Part shown: positions 37,498-47,520 of the stretch, one piece after another
Layout: the number at the start of each line of letters is the position of its first letter
How positions within the stretch are numbered: the first letter of the stretch is position 1
Assembly (NCBI GenBank): GCA_046074645.1
Contig: JBJTOP010000227.1
Coordinates: forward strand, 40,590 to 104,589
DNA: 64,000 nucleotides
Direction of reading: 5' to 3'
Source: Planctomycetaceae bacterium
Lineage (GTDB): Bacteria; Planctomycetota; Planctomycetia; Planctomycetales; Planctomycetaceae
The notes under the pieces: model-generated
Databases searched by the model: none
What the model was told of the DNA's origin: nothing
The model's input: the letters and a program-made list of their open reading frames with translations, nothing else
Position numbers and translations under genes: made by a program

Positions 37498-38514
37498 ATG
37501 AATGCTTCGAAACGTTTCTCACGCCGCCACCTGCTGCAGGCGGCTGCCGTTACTGCCATGGTTCCACGTCTGAACGCGGCGGCGAAAACGGCAGCTTCGG
37601 TTCGAGGCTGTGCGCAGATCGCCATCACGCTGGATCTGGAGATGAGCCGCAATTTTCCGGTTTGGGATGCCACTCACTGGGATTACGAAAAAGGGAACCT
37701 GAATGAGGAGACGAAGCAGTATTCCCTGGAAGCGGCGCGGCGAGTGAAGGCCGCCGGTGGAGTGCTGCATTTCTTCGCCGTTGGGCGAGTCCTTGAACAG
37801 CCCGATGTCAGCTGGCTGAAAGAGCTGGCAGCGAACGGCCACCCGATCGGCAACCACACCTATGACCACGTGAATCTGCTGGCAACCCGCATAGAGGATC
37901 TGCAGTTTCGTTTCCAGCGCGCCCCATGGCTGCTCAGGGGAATGCCCGTGCAGGACGCCATTCGAGAAAACATTCGGCTGGCGAGCGAGGCGATGCAGTC
38001 ACGTCTGGGAATTGAGCCTTCCGGCTTTCGCACACCCGGTGGCTTCGGTGACGGACTGAGACAACATCCTGCCATCCGCGGCATGCTTCAGGAACTGGGT
38101 TATACATGGGTGAGCAGCCTCTATCCGCCTCATCCAAATACTCAGCCAATGCAGGAGCCGAGTGACTCCGTACTGGAGGGAATTCTTGAAGCGCACAAAC
38201 TGGCTCAGCCCTTCGCTTATCCGGATGGGCTGATTGAAGTTCCAATGAGTCCCATCAGTGACATCGGCGCCTTTCGCACCGGCCGCTGGAAGCTGGACTG
38301 GTTCCTTAAATCCATCCGCCAGTGCGTGCAGTGGACGATCGAGAATGCCGCAGTGTTTGACTTCCTTGCGCACCCGTCGTGCCTGTATGTGGTGGACCCG
38401 GAGTTTCAGGCGATTGAGCTGATTTGTGAACTGGTGCGCAAGGCGGGTGATCGCGCGGCGATCGTGGACCTGAGCAGAATCTCGGCGAGCATCACAGCAG
38501 GAGCCGGGAAGTGA
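37498..38514 (+). CDS. Polysaccharide deacetylase (CE4/NodB homology) family protein with Tat signal
   Basis: Twin-arginine motif SRRHLLQAAAV. CE4 His-His motif GNHTYDHVNL. Divalent-metal ligand pattern typical of NodB domains. Confidence 0.75.
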   Translation: MNASKRFSRRHLLQAAAVTAMVPRLNAAAKTAASVRGCAQIAITLDLEMSRNFPVWDATHWDYEKGNLNEETKQYSLEAARRVKAAGGVLHFFAVGRVLEQPDVSWLKELAANGHPIGNHTYDHVNLLATRIEDLQFRFQRAPWLLRGMPVQDAIRENIRLASEAMQSRLGIEPSGFRTPGGFGDGLRQHPAIRGMLQELGYTWVSSLYPPHPNTQPMQEPSDSVLEGILEAHKLAQPFAYPDGLIEVPMSPISDIGAFRTGRWKLDWFLKSIRQCVQWTIENAAVFDFLAHPSCLYVVDPEFQAIELICELVRKAGDRAAIVDLSRISASITAGAGK

Positions 38515-38551
38515 GATACGGCAGGGAAACTGAATACCTGGCGGCCGAACA

Positions 38552-39880
38552 CTAATTTCGGGCGGCCGTACCCGGGGTAATGGAATGTGCGTGTTGTGGA
38601 AAGTCAAAGGTCAGCACCAGCGGTTCAGTTCCGGTGTTTTCGATTTCAACGCCGCCATTTGCGAGAGCAGCCTGGGTGATGAAGCCGATCTCGGGATAGA
38701 TTTCGCCGAGAATCATATTTCGGTGATATCGCACTTCAAGCCCGCCAACGCGGCCGCTGCCGCCATTGGTGTGGAACAGAGCGGGACTTTCCGGGCAAAA
38801 CCTGGTTTTTCCGCCGGGCTGTACGGTGAGCCGCAGAATGGAACACTTCTGATCGCCGAGGAAGTCTCCGTAGATGATCCATTTTGCATCGACGCCGTCG
38901 CCGGCGAATTGTTCTGCGGCGATTGCCGGGCGTGAATTCTTCAGCACGAAATCCGGGTCCTGATTTGCGGCAAAGTCGAACTTATCGACGAGGAATTCCC
39001 AGTCTTCGTGGCGAGCTTTGGGATAGTCCTCTTCCCTGCACGCATAAAAGGCATCCGCGGCTCCGATGCGGCCGTCAAGTGTGAGGTCTTCCGCGAGGAA
39101 GTGTTCATCCATCGTCACGTGCAGTTCGTGCGTGCAAAGATTCGTCGGCGAATGCAGAACTCCGTTGGGCATCACAAAACCATTGTCAAGCTGCATCATC
39201 ACGTGAGGCGCCAAGTGCCGGATGCCGTTGTATTCGCCCTTCCCGAATCGCTTCATGCACGCGAGGAACTGGTCCTTTGTCACAAAGGAGTACAGGCCCA
39301 TGGCCGTGGTGTGATAATGCGACGCACTGACTCCGGGATTGTCAAACGAATTGATGTCATAAACTTCCCACTTCGACCAGTGAAGATGGTCGGGAATTGG
39401 GTTCAGGTTATCGAATTTTTTCGATACGATCGGCCACGTGGGTCTGCCGAACATGGCATTTGCAAATGCGGTCAACTTCTTTCCCATGACAGCGTCTGGA
39501 TTGGCAACGATCAGGTCCTGCAGTGAGATCACCTGCCCGTCCGGTGTGAGCACGTGCGCTTCGCCTTCTCGAAACGGCGCCTTTTTTGTGCGAGTATCGA
39601 TGACTCCGGTGACGATGGGCACCGTGCAGCACATCCAGATTTCGTCGAGGCCTGTGCCATTCATGTAGTCCGGATAGTAAGACTCCGCTGCCAGCCGCAG
39701 GCGTTTTCCAGGGGTGCAGAAAGTACGACCAGCGTAGCGATGCAGCAGCTGCAGGACTCCGCCGGATCTGTTCAGGCAATCATCCAGGGCTGCGCCCGAA
39801 TTTCCGCTGGTTCCGTCGATCACAGCCTGTCGGGGATACTCGTGCAGACGCTCTGCGAGAACGGACGTTGAAGCAGCCAT
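38552..39880 (-). CDS. Hypothetical protein with a possible C-terminal cupin-like domain
   Basis: Start set at MAASTSVLAERL (ATG 39880); the ORF track extends to 39934. C-terminal GGVEIENTGTEPLVLTFDFP resembles a cupin beta-barrel strand pair. No confident family call. Confidence 0.5.
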   Translation of the reverse strand: MAASTSVLAERLHEYPRQAVIDGTSGNSGAALDDCLNRSGGVLQLLHRYAGRTFCTPGKRLRLAAESYYPDYMNGTGLDEIWMCCTVPIVTGVIDTRTKKAPFREGEAHVLTPDGQVISLQDLIVANPDAVMGKKLTAFANAMFGRPTWPIVSKKFDNLNPIPDHLHWSKWEVYDINSFDNPGVSASHYHTTAMGLYSFVTKDQFLACMKRFGKGEYNGIRHLAPHVMMQLDNGFVMPNGVLHSPTNLCTHELHVTMDEHFLAEDLTLDGRIGAADAFYACREEDYPKARHEDWEFLVDKFDFAANQDPDFVLKNSRPAIAAEQFAGDGVDAKWIIYGDFLGDQKCSILRLTVQPGGKTRFCPESPALFHTNGGSGRVGGLEVRYHRNMILGEIYPEIGFITQAALANGGVEIENTGTEPLVLTFDFPQHAHSITPGTAARN

Positions 39881-40100
39881 GACTGATATCCCTTTATACC
39901 TCAATAATTCACCAGAACCTCTTGTTGCGGACACTGTGGCGGGCAGTTTAGAAAAACCGCAGCCGGAATGGAATGGATTGAAATCTCGACTCGCTCAGGT
40001 TTCGCGACCTTTCCCTGTGATCGCAACGCTGGTACAATTCAGGACGAAAGTTCGGGTTCCGTCGGCGTCTGAGTTTCGATCCTTTTTGTTTGAGCAAATC

Positions 40101-40580
40101 ATGTCCATTGAAGAGCTGCTTCAGCACTACGAACAGGGGGCTCAGGAACTTGTCAACGCTGTGTGCCAGACTGTTCCGGAAAACTGGAGCAGCCATCCAG
40201 TACCGGGGAAGTGGTCGATTCAGCAGGTTGTCTGTCACCTCGCGGATTTTGAGCCAATTTTTGCGGATCGGATGAAGCGAATCCTTGCGGAAGACAATCC
40301 GACTCTGTTCGGCGGCGACCCGGATGCGTTTGCGGCGAATCTGCAGTACGACAAGCGGGATGTCGAGCAGGAGCTGCAGCTGATTGTGCTGGTACGACGT
40401 CAGATGTCGCGGATTCTTCGCAGCATCGACATCGAGGCTTTTCAGCGGACAGGTGTGCATTCCGAAGCCGGCCCTCTCACGCTCGAAACAATCCTCGAGC
40501 GATCAGCCCGCCACATCAGTCATCACATTCCTTTCATCCACGAAAAAACCGCCGCGCTCAAGGCTCAGCGGTCACCCTGA
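40101..40580 (+). CDS. DinB/YfiT-like (DinB_2) metal-dependent hydrolase family protein
   Basis: Start at MSIEELLQHYEQGAQEL. Conserved His triad positions (HLADFE..., ...HISHH at the C-terminus) typical of the DinB_2 four-helix bundle. Confidence 0.65.
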   Translation: MSIEELLQHYEQGAQELVNAVCQTVPENWSSHPVPGKWSIQQVVCHLADFEPIFADRMKRILAEDNPTLFGGDPDAFAANLQYDKRDVEQELQLIVLVRRQMSRILRSIDIEAFQRTGVHSEAGPLTLETILERSARHISHHIPFIHEKTAALKAQRSP

Positions 40581-40594
40581 AGGACGCCGCGGCC

Positions 40595-40879
40595 ATGCTC
40601 CAGCTGCCCTCCGCAGAACTGCTGGAAACTCGCCACCAGTTCCCCTGCTCGTTCACCTTCAAAGTGATCGGTTACGCCGACTCCAACTTCACTGCTCGAG
40701 TGGTCTCGTGTGTCCGTGACGAACTGCAGCTGGCTACTGACCCTCAGTTCTCGCTCCGCAGCACTGCCCACGGTCGCCATGTTGCCGTCACCCTGGAGCC
40801 ACTCTGCACATCCTCCCAGCAGGTGCTCGCCGTCTACGCCAGGCTCTCGGGCCTCGATGGTCTGGTAATGCTGCTGTGA
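40595..40879 (+). CDS. YbeD/UPF0250 (DUF493) family small protein
   Basis: FPCSFTFKVIG motif near the N-terminus and an approximately 90-aa length match the YbeD family. Confidence 0.6.
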   Translation: MLQLPSAELLETRHQFPCSFTFKVIGYADSNFTARVVSCVRDELQLATDPQFSLRSTAHGRHVAVTLEPLCTSSQQVLAVYARLSGLDGLVMLL

Positions 40880-41154
40880 ATGGGCTGTGTGAGTGCGCTG
40901 TGTGAGTGGTCTGATCGTCATCGAGGTTGCTCAGGCCATCCACGACTGGCGATCAAATCACTTCAGGTCGCGGTTGCAAAGTTCCGGCAATCTGCCTTGT
41001 CAGAGTTCGTCGGTGGCGGACTGCCGGCCAGCAGCTCACTGGTCACATATTGGACTTCCGCTCCTGCCTTTGCCCTGAGAGACGCGACACGATAAACTTT
41101 CGAGGCTGCTGCTGAGGTTTGTCTTCTTCAACGGTCCCCAACTGAGTTCGTATC

Positions 41155-43263
41155 ATGCTGCTCAGGCACCTCTCCACGATTTTTCTTGTTCCCTCCCTTC
41201 TCTGCTCTGTCACCTTTGCTGACGGTCCGCAGGACAACATTCCCGAAAACGTGCGGCGGATTCCGGCGGAGGGAATCGCGGTGCCGGAGGATCGTGCGGC
41301 TGCCATGCGTGCGTCGCTGGGCGGGCTTCAGCAGAAGCTTGACCAGATCCGTGGTCTGCAGCGTGCGGACGCCACTGCTCTGCTCCCGGACGTCATGATC
41401 TTCGAGCGTGCCGTTCGCTGTGCTCTGGACTACAACGAATTCTTTGACGTCAAGGAATTCGACCGCGGTGACGAGCTGCTTGCCGAAGGGCACCGCCGCG
41501 CTGATGAATTGCTGGCAGGTCAGCCCGCCTGGCCTTTCCGCCGAGGCCTTGTGGTGCGTGGGTATATCAGTCGGATCGACCAGACTGTGCAGCCTTACGG
41601 GATGGTCATTCCACCAACCTATGACCTGGATCACAGCGTCCCCACTCGCTGCGATCTCTGGTTCCACGGCCGCGGCGAAAAGCTCACTGAAGTCAATTTC
41701 CTGTGGGAACGAATGCGCAACCCCGGCGAATTCACACCGGATCACACCATCGTCGTGCACCCCTACGGCCGCTATTGCAACGCATTCAAGTTTGCTGGTG
41801 AAATCGATGTGCTCGAAGCCCTGCGGGACGTGCAGGCACGGTATCGCATCGACGAGGACCGGATCAGTGTCCGGGGGTTTTCGATGGGTGGAGCTGCGTG
41901 CTGGCAGTTCGCCACTCACTACTCAGACCGCTGGTTCGCTGCCAACCCCGGTGCCGGGTTTTCTGAAACCCCGCAGTTTCTGAAGGTCTTTCAGAAGGAA
42001 GAACTTTCTCCACTTCCGTGGGAGCGAACGCTCTGGAATCTCTATGACTGCGACAAGTGGGCGCTCAATCTCACCCATTGCCCCACCATCGCTTACAGCG
42101 GCGAAAACGATTCGCAGAAACAGGCGGCTGACGTCATGGAGCAGGCGCTCGCAACTCACGGCATCCGCCTTCGTCACGTTATTGGCCGCGGCATGGGGCA
42201 TCGCTACGACCCTGAGTCCAAAAAAATCGTCGAAGACAGCCTCAAATCGCTTGCCAAAGCTGGCCGTGATCATTCACCACCGCTCATTCATCTCACCACA
42301 TACACGCTGCGTTACAACACGATGCGTGCCGCCCGCATTGATTCGCTTATCGAACACTGGAAACCTGCCACACTAACCGTCTGGTGCCGCGAAACTGAAA
42401 AACCGGGGCATCCCGCCCATCTGGTCATCGACACGTCCAACGTCGCCGCCTTCTCTGTCGATTTTTCCGCTGAAGAACTGCCGCTCTCCCCTGAAACGCT
42501 CAATCGCCTCCACCATCCCCCCAACCGTGGACTGCTGGTAGAAGTTGTCTCTAGTGAAGATCAGCCGAAGACTCCGGGAGCCCGACTGCAGATGGGCTTT
42601 CTGCACGCCACCGGACCACTCTCTGACGGCACCATGCATATCACCGGACATCGCACAGCCGAAGGCAAGTGGGCCGAAGGTCCGCTCCCGGACGGCCTTC
42701 GCAAACGTCACGGACTGCAGGGGCCGATTGATGACGCCTTCATGGACACCTTTGTCTTCGTTCGCCCCACCGGCACACCGCGGCATGAACTTGCCGCGAA
42801 ATGGGTCGATACCGAACTCAATCGCGCCATCGAACACTGGAGACGACATTTCCGCGGTGATGCGCGGGTGGTGAATGATACCGATGTCACTGAAGAGCTC
42901 ATTCAGAACGCCAATCTCGTGCTCTGGGGTGACCCAGGCTCCAATCAGCTGTTGAGCCGCATCGCTGACCAACTGCCAATCACGTGGAAATCGGATGTGA
43001 TCACAGTCGGAAAGCAGTCCTTTGATCCGGCCCACCATGCCCCAATCCTGATCGCCCCCAATCCGCTCAATCCCAACCGCTATGTGGTGCTCAACAGCAG
43101 CTTCACATTTCGTGAGTTTGCATATCTGAACAATGCCCGTCAGGTCCCAATGCTGCCCGACTGGGCGATTATTGATCTCCGCACACCCCCCAACGCCGTT
43201 CGACCGGGCGGAATTGCTGCTGCGGATTTCTTTGACGAGCAGTGGAAGGTGAAGGAACAGTAG
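41155..43263 (+). CDS. Secreted alpha/beta-hydrolase (esterase/peptidase-type) protein
   Basis: Signal peptide. Nucleophile elbow GFSMGG, with flanking hydrophobic strands typical of the alpha/beta-hydrolase fold. Large C-terminal extension of unknown function. Confidence 0.65.
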   Translation: MLLRHLSTIFLVPSLLCSVTFADGPQDNIPENVRRIPAEGIAVPEDRAAAMRASLGGLQQKLDQIRGLQRADATALLPDVMIFERAVRCALDYNEFFDVKEFDRGDELLAEGHRRADELLAGQPAWPFRRGLVVRGYISRIDQTVQPYGMVIPPTYDLDHSVPTRCDLWFHGRGEKLTEVNFLWERMRNPGEFTPDHTIVVHPYGRYCNAFKFAGEIDVLEALRDVQARYRIDEDRISVRGFSMGGAACWQFATHYSDRWFAANPGAGFSETPQFLKVFQKEELSPLPWERTLWNLYDCDKWALNLTHCPTIAYSGENDSQKQAADVMEQALATHGIRLRHVIGRGMGHRYDPESKKIVEDSLKSLAKAGRDHSPPLIHLTTYTLRYNTMRAARIDSLIEHWKPATLTVWCRETEKPGHPAHLVIDTSNVAAFSVDFSAEELPLSPETLNRLHHPPNRGLLVEVVSSEDQPKTPGARLQMGFLHATGPLSDGTMHITGHRTAEGKWAEGPLPDGLRKRHGLQGPIDDAFMDTFVFVRPTGTPRHELAAKWVDTELNRAIEHWRRHFRGDARVVNDTDVTEELIQNANLVLWGDPGSNQLLSRIADQLPITWKSDVITVGKQSFDPAHHAPILIAPNPLNPNRYVVLNSSFTFREFAYLNNARQVPMLPDWAIIDLRTPPNAVRPGGIAAADFFDEQWKVKEQ

Positions 43264-43328
43264 ACCGCACCAGCCACTCCGGACTCAGAGTTCGACCTCA
43301 CAACAGGTTCCGGGCGAAGGCGGGCGTT

Positions 43329-44198
43329 TCACGCCGCGCGTTTCCCGGGATCCTGTTTCCGCATCGCCTCCATGGCCTCTGCTGCGGCTGCCAGTCTGCG
43401 TTTGCGACCATTGCGGCTGAAGTGGTTGGCCCAGTCGATCAGGGAGGGGATGCAGCGTTTCAGAAGGTAAAGGAAGTGGGCGAGTGGAGTGATGAGTACC
43501 TGTCGTTCGTTTCTGCGGATGGCTTTGAGTGTTCGCGTGGCGACGGCTTCGGGGGTGGCACACAGCCATGCTGGGGGCATAGGAACGGCTGCACCACTGC
43601 GGGAGTTCTGTGCGGAATGGTACAGTGAGGTGAGAACAGGGCCGGGACAGATGGCTGTCACACCCACACCGCGGCGGCCGAATTCCGCCCGCAGTGCCTC
43701 AGTAAATCCCACCAATCCGAATTTGCTGGTGTGATAAGCGGTAAATCGACCTCCGGCCACCAGCCCTGAGATGCTGCACATATTCACGATATGCGGATCT
43801 TCCTTCAGCAGCAGTTGTGGGAGGAGCAGGCTGGTGATTCGAACGGGAGCCAGCAGATTAATCTGGAGGACACGATCCCACTGTTCCTGAGTCATTTCGT
43901 TGGTGGGGCCGTAGAGGGCGATGCCGGCGTTGTTGATGAGCAGATCGGGGCCATCGGAGAGTTTTGAGGCTGTCTGCACCATTGGCGGGATGGCTTCAGG
44001 GTCCGCCAGATCGCAGACGATTGTGTGAACGGGTCGGGAGGCATTTGCGAGGCTGGCAGCGGCGGCCTTCAGGGCATCGGCATTGACATCGACGAGGATC
44101 AGGCTGCAGTTTTCGCGGGCGAGGGCTTTGGCGATCGCCAGTCCGATGCCGCTGGCGGCGCCGGTAATCAGAGCGGTGTGGTTGGCGAATGATTTCAT
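43329..44198 (-). CDS. Short-chain dehydrogenase/reductase (SDR) family oxidoreductase
   Basis: TGAASGIGLAIA Rossmann motif, NNAG, and catalytic YHTSK (YxxxK). Confidence 0.85.
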   Translation of the reverse strand: MKSFANHTALITGAASGIGLAIAKALARENCSLILVDVNADALKAAAASLANASRPVHTIVCDLADPEAIPPMVQTASKLSDGPDLLINNAGIALYGPTNEMTQEQWDRVLQINLLAPVRITSLLLPQLLLKEDPHIVNMCSISGLVAGGRFTAYHTSKFGLVGFTEALRAEFGRRGVGVTAICPGPVLTSLYHSAQNSRSGAAVPMPPAWLCATPEAVATRTLKAIRRNERQVLITPLAHFLYLLKRCIPSLIDWANHFSRNGRKRRLAAAAEAMEAMRKQDPGKRAA

Positions 44199-44225
44199 CC
44201 GTGAAATCCAGCGGAGGGTTACTTG

Positions 44226-45011
44226 TCAACGTTTACGGAGCACAAACACGACGTCTTCTGAACGTGGAGTAATCACGTGCGGTCTTGTGATGCGGTACTG
44301 GAAGTCATAGGTTTCAGCGATTTGCAGCGAAGGAACCTTCTCCAGCAGCGACAGGAATTCCTCATGCTTGTACGTGCGGTATTCCATGTGATCGACAATC
44401 CGCAGTCGGCTGGTGGGGGTGAAGACATCGATATGAAGTCCGAGGTGTTCAAGTCGAGTCCTGCGATCGATGCCTTTGGACCACATGTGTGAATTGACAA
44501 CGAGATCACCTCTGCGAGCGGACCAGCTTTCTTCCTGCATGGGAACGCCGACCGTTGGTTCGAGGTGGATCCCCAGGACATACAGACCGCCGCGAACGAG
44601 TCCTGCGGCCATGCATTGAAGATGTGCCTGAGCCTGTTCTTCGGTGGCGAGGTGGCGGAAGGTGTTGATCATGTTGAACGCAGCGTGGAATTTGCGTTTG
44701 ACGGTGAAGTCCGCCATGTCCCCCACGCTGACGGTGGCTGGCAGCTTGTGGCGATGCAGGCGTTTGTTGCAGAATTCGACAGCTTTCGGATTCAGGTCAT
44801 TTCCGGACACCTGATAGCCGTCTCGGCCGAGTTTCACCAGCAGACGGCCGGTACCGCAGGCGGGTTCGAAGATGGATCGAACTTCGCATTTTGCGTGTTT
44901 GGCAAAACACTCCTTCAAAAACCGAAACTCTGCTGCAACGTCGGAACCGAACAGCAGGTCGTAGTATTTGGGGTAGTCGTAGATGCTTGCAGTTTCGACC
45001 TGAGTCGTCAT
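44226..45011 (-). CDS. Class I SAM-dependent methyltransferase
   Basis: Motif I FEPACGTGRL followed by acidic motif II region (SGNDLN). Confidence 0.8.
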   Translation of the reverse strand: MTTQVETASIYDYPKYYDLLFGSDVAAEFRFLKECFAKHAKCEVRSIFEPACGTGRLLVKLGRDGYQVSGNDLNPKAVEFCNKRLHRHKLPATVSVGDMADFTVKRKFHAAFNMINTFRHLATEEQAQAHLQCMAAGLVRGGLYVLGIHLEPTVGVPMQEESWSARRGDLVVNSHMWSKGIDRRTRLEHLGLHIDVFTPTSRLRIVDHMEYRTYKHEEFLSLLEKVPSLQIAETYDFQYRITRPHVITPRSEDVVFVLRKR

Positions 45012-45152
45012 GGGAAGCCTGGCGTGGCGGGAGTTGCTGACGCGTGGGCGAACAGTGACTCGCCCTGCACGAGTCGAATCGTGGCGTGGTTCGGGTCAGC
45101 TGGCAAGTGCCACGGATCAGTTTTCTCCGAACGGGGCTCAGAGAAGATTCAG

Positions 45153-46208
45153 TCAGCGAATGCGGGGAACTTCGAGAATTTGCGGCGTTCCGTCGAAGAC
45201 CCACGAATCCTGCGGCAGCTGGCCACGGCGGGTCACTTTGGGAATCGCGAAGGTTTCGCCGACGAGCACTTCTGCGCCAGTTCGGGGATTGCGAGAGGGT
45301 TTACCTGAGAATTGTGCGATGAGCGGCCGAATGCGCGGGTCCTCTCTGCTTTCAAAGGAGCCGATGGCTACGAGTGATCGGTATTTTTCGTGGAGCACCC
45401 AGGCTTCGTAGTCACGGTCGTAGCCATGTTTTTTGGCACTTCGCAGTGCATCCGCCAGCTGCATGGCTCGAAGGGCGCAGTCATCAAGGCTCTTGCCGAA
45501 GTTCCTTTCGAAGAATCCCATCGCGCGAGCGGAATCGTTGCCGCTGACCTGCATCACGCTGCCGCCGAAGAAAGTGGCCACAACGAGTGTATAGCGAGAT
45601 TTGTTCTGGAGCAGTGAATACTTCTGCCCGGAATTCAGATCCACAAGGAAGTTGTCTTCCTCGCCATCGCGAACTTCACCATCGAACAGAGGATTGGCGG
45701 TGAGGAAGGCGCGGCTGAGCGGACTGGGGCGGCCGGGAGTGCGCGGCAGGATACCGCCGTTTTTCGGGTCCGACAAAAAGTCGGGCTTGAACTTCGTCTT
45801 GATGTACTGCAGCACTTTTTTGGCTTCAGCATCGGTGTTGGAGGGAAAGTTGCCGGCAAGCACCGAGATATAGCCGTGCTGGGCAACGAACTTCCGCGAA
45901 CTGCTGTCACCGGTCGAAGAAATCTCGCCCAGCTTCTCTTCCAGCTGATAAGTATACGCTGGAATGCCAAGAAGTCTCAGCTGATAGACCAGCTCATTCG
46001 CCGCCTCTTCCGCTGACAAACCATCCTTCACACGGCGATCTTCCTCCACGTCCCGGATTGAAGCCACCATCACCATCCACGGGCCGTGTTTTTTGGTGAG
46101 CGGGTACTGTTTCCCGCGCACGGCTTCCACATCGGCAGATGCCGACGGGATCAGCACAGACAGCAGCAGCAGACAGGCGGGCAGTGTTGCAGAGAGCTTC
46201 GCAGACAT
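45153..46208 (-). CDS. Secreted hypothetical protein
   Basis: Start at MSAKLSATLPACLLLLSVLIPSASA (signal peptide; ATG 46208). No recognisable domain. Confidence 0.5.
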   Translation of the reverse strand: MSAKLSATLPACLLLLSVLIPSASADVEAVRGKQYPLTKKHGPWMVMVASIRDVEEDRRVKDGLSAEEAANELVYQLRLLGIPAYTYQLEEKLGEISSTGDSSSRKFVAQHGYISVLAGNFPSNTDAEAKKVLQYIKTKFKPDFLSDPKNGGILPRTPGRPSPLSRAFLTANPLFDGEVRDGEEDNFLVDLNSGQKYSLLQNKSRYTLVVATFFGGSVMQVSGNDSARAMGFFERNFGKSLDDCALRAMQLADALRSAKKHGYDRDYEAWVLHEKYRSLVAIGSFESREDPRIRPLIAQFSGKPSRNPRTGAEVLVGETFAIPKVTRRGQLPQDSWVFDGTPQILEVPRIR

Positions 46209-46509
46209 CCGAGCATCCTCGTGGGTCAAACCAGTCTTCCCGGCCAACAACCGGGTAGATCGCAGGGGGCGGAGTATGTCCTGGCATGCTCCTGTTGGCT
46301 GAGGCAATTTCCTGAAATCCTGCATTCACCCGCGGTCGGATCCTGCAGCAGCTCCTGCCAGTCGGCAGTTTCTGCCATGTGAATTCGCGAGGCTGCATGT
46401 TCTGCCAGAGACATTCCTGACTATTTTGCGGCAACTCCCTTTTCACTCTCAAAACGCTCGATATGCTTCCACCCTGTTTCTGCCTGCACGCGGAGGTTTT
46501 TTGCAATCC

Positions 46510-47100
46510 ATGGAGTCACACGTCATGACGACGGCTGGTGCAGAGTTTCAGGATCGCGTTCAAAGCTGGATTGGTACGGCCCTGATGATTGCCGCGTCCA
46601 TTCTGGCAGTGCTCATTTTCTGCGATCGCACCGGCTTCAGTGCGCTTGATATGCCTCGAATCTGGCATGCCAGCCGCGGTATCCATCTGCTGCTTTGCGG
46701 CGCGATGTTTCTGACGGCCGCGATGCTCCTCAAATCGCCCGTCCCTGACAGACTTGCCGAACGTCAGGGCCGGCCGCTCTTTAATTCCTGCAGACTGCTC
46801 ACTCGCCGCGACTGCAAACTTTGTGACGAAGCCCTGGAGACGCTGCTGCATTTCCAGCATGCGCTGCCGTCCATCGACGTCGTGGATATTGATGGTGACG
46901 CGCAGCTGATCAGACAGTTTGGCGAATCGATTCCTGTCGTGGAGATTGACGGCCGTGTCCGTTTTCGTGGCCGCATTGACTGGAGATTGCTGCAGCGAAT
47001 GATTGACGCCGCAGAGCTCCGATGCGCTGTCCAGGAAAACGCTGTCCCTGCAAGTGACCTGCGGATGGAAGCATCACCAGCACGGAATCTGGATGGCTGA
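46510..47100 (+). CDS. Membrane-anchored glutaredoxin-like (DUF836/thioredoxin-fold) protein
   Basis: Two TM helices followed by CRLLTRRDCKLCDEA (CxxC) ... IPVVEIDGRVRFRGRIDWRLL, typical of glutaredoxin-like DUF836 proteins. Confidence 0.55.
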   Translation: MESHVMTTAGAEFQDRVQSWIGTALMIAASILAVLIFCDRTGFSALDMPRIWHASRGIHLLLCGAMFLTAAMLLKSPVPDRLAERQGRPLFNSCRLLTRRDCKLCDEALETLLHFQHALPSIDVVDIDGDAQLIRQFGESIPVVEIDGRVRFRGRIDWRLLQRMIDAAELRCAVQENAVPASDLRMEASPARNLDG

Positions 47101-47103
47101 AGT

Positions 47104-47478
47104 TCAGCGGGATTCCTGCCGCATCAGATGTTCGACGACGGCGGCCGCGGTCGCCACGTTGGTGGCGAGCGGCACATTATGAACGTCGCAGACTCGCATG
47201 AGTGCTGCCACATCGGGTTCATGGGGCTGGGCGGTGAGCGGATCCCGCATAAAGAGCACCGCCTGAATGAGGCCCTCGGCCACGCGACCACCGATGATCA
47301 GGTCCCCGCCGCTCGGACCGTGTGCCACGCGTTCCACGTCCAGCCCCAGTTGCTCCTGCAGCATGCGGCCCGTGTTTCCGGTGGCTACCAGCCGCTGCAT
47401 GGAAAAGAAATCTTTTCTTCGCCCCACGAAGTGCAGCATCGTGTCCTTTTGGGCATCGTGAGCAATCAGCGCGATCAT
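47104..47478 (-). CDS. mgsA: Methylglyoxal synthase
   Basis: IALIAHDAQKD...LVATGNTGRML...HGPSGGDLIIGG match MgsA signatures. Confidence 0.85.
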   Translation of the reverse strand: MIALIAHDAQKDTMLHFVGRRKDFFSMQRLVATGNTGRMLQEQLGLDVERVAHGPSGGDLIIGGRVAEGLIQAVLFMRDPLTAQPHEPDVAALMRVCDVHNVPLATNVATAAAVVEHLMRQESR

Positions 47479-47520
47479 CGGTTTGGATCCTGAGACGTCT
47501 ATTCGCGTGACGAACTGCGG

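Noticed and set aside
44565-45308. 247-aa + ORF
   Set aside because: Antisense to the SAM-methyltransferase gene and reading through an intergenic region. No features.
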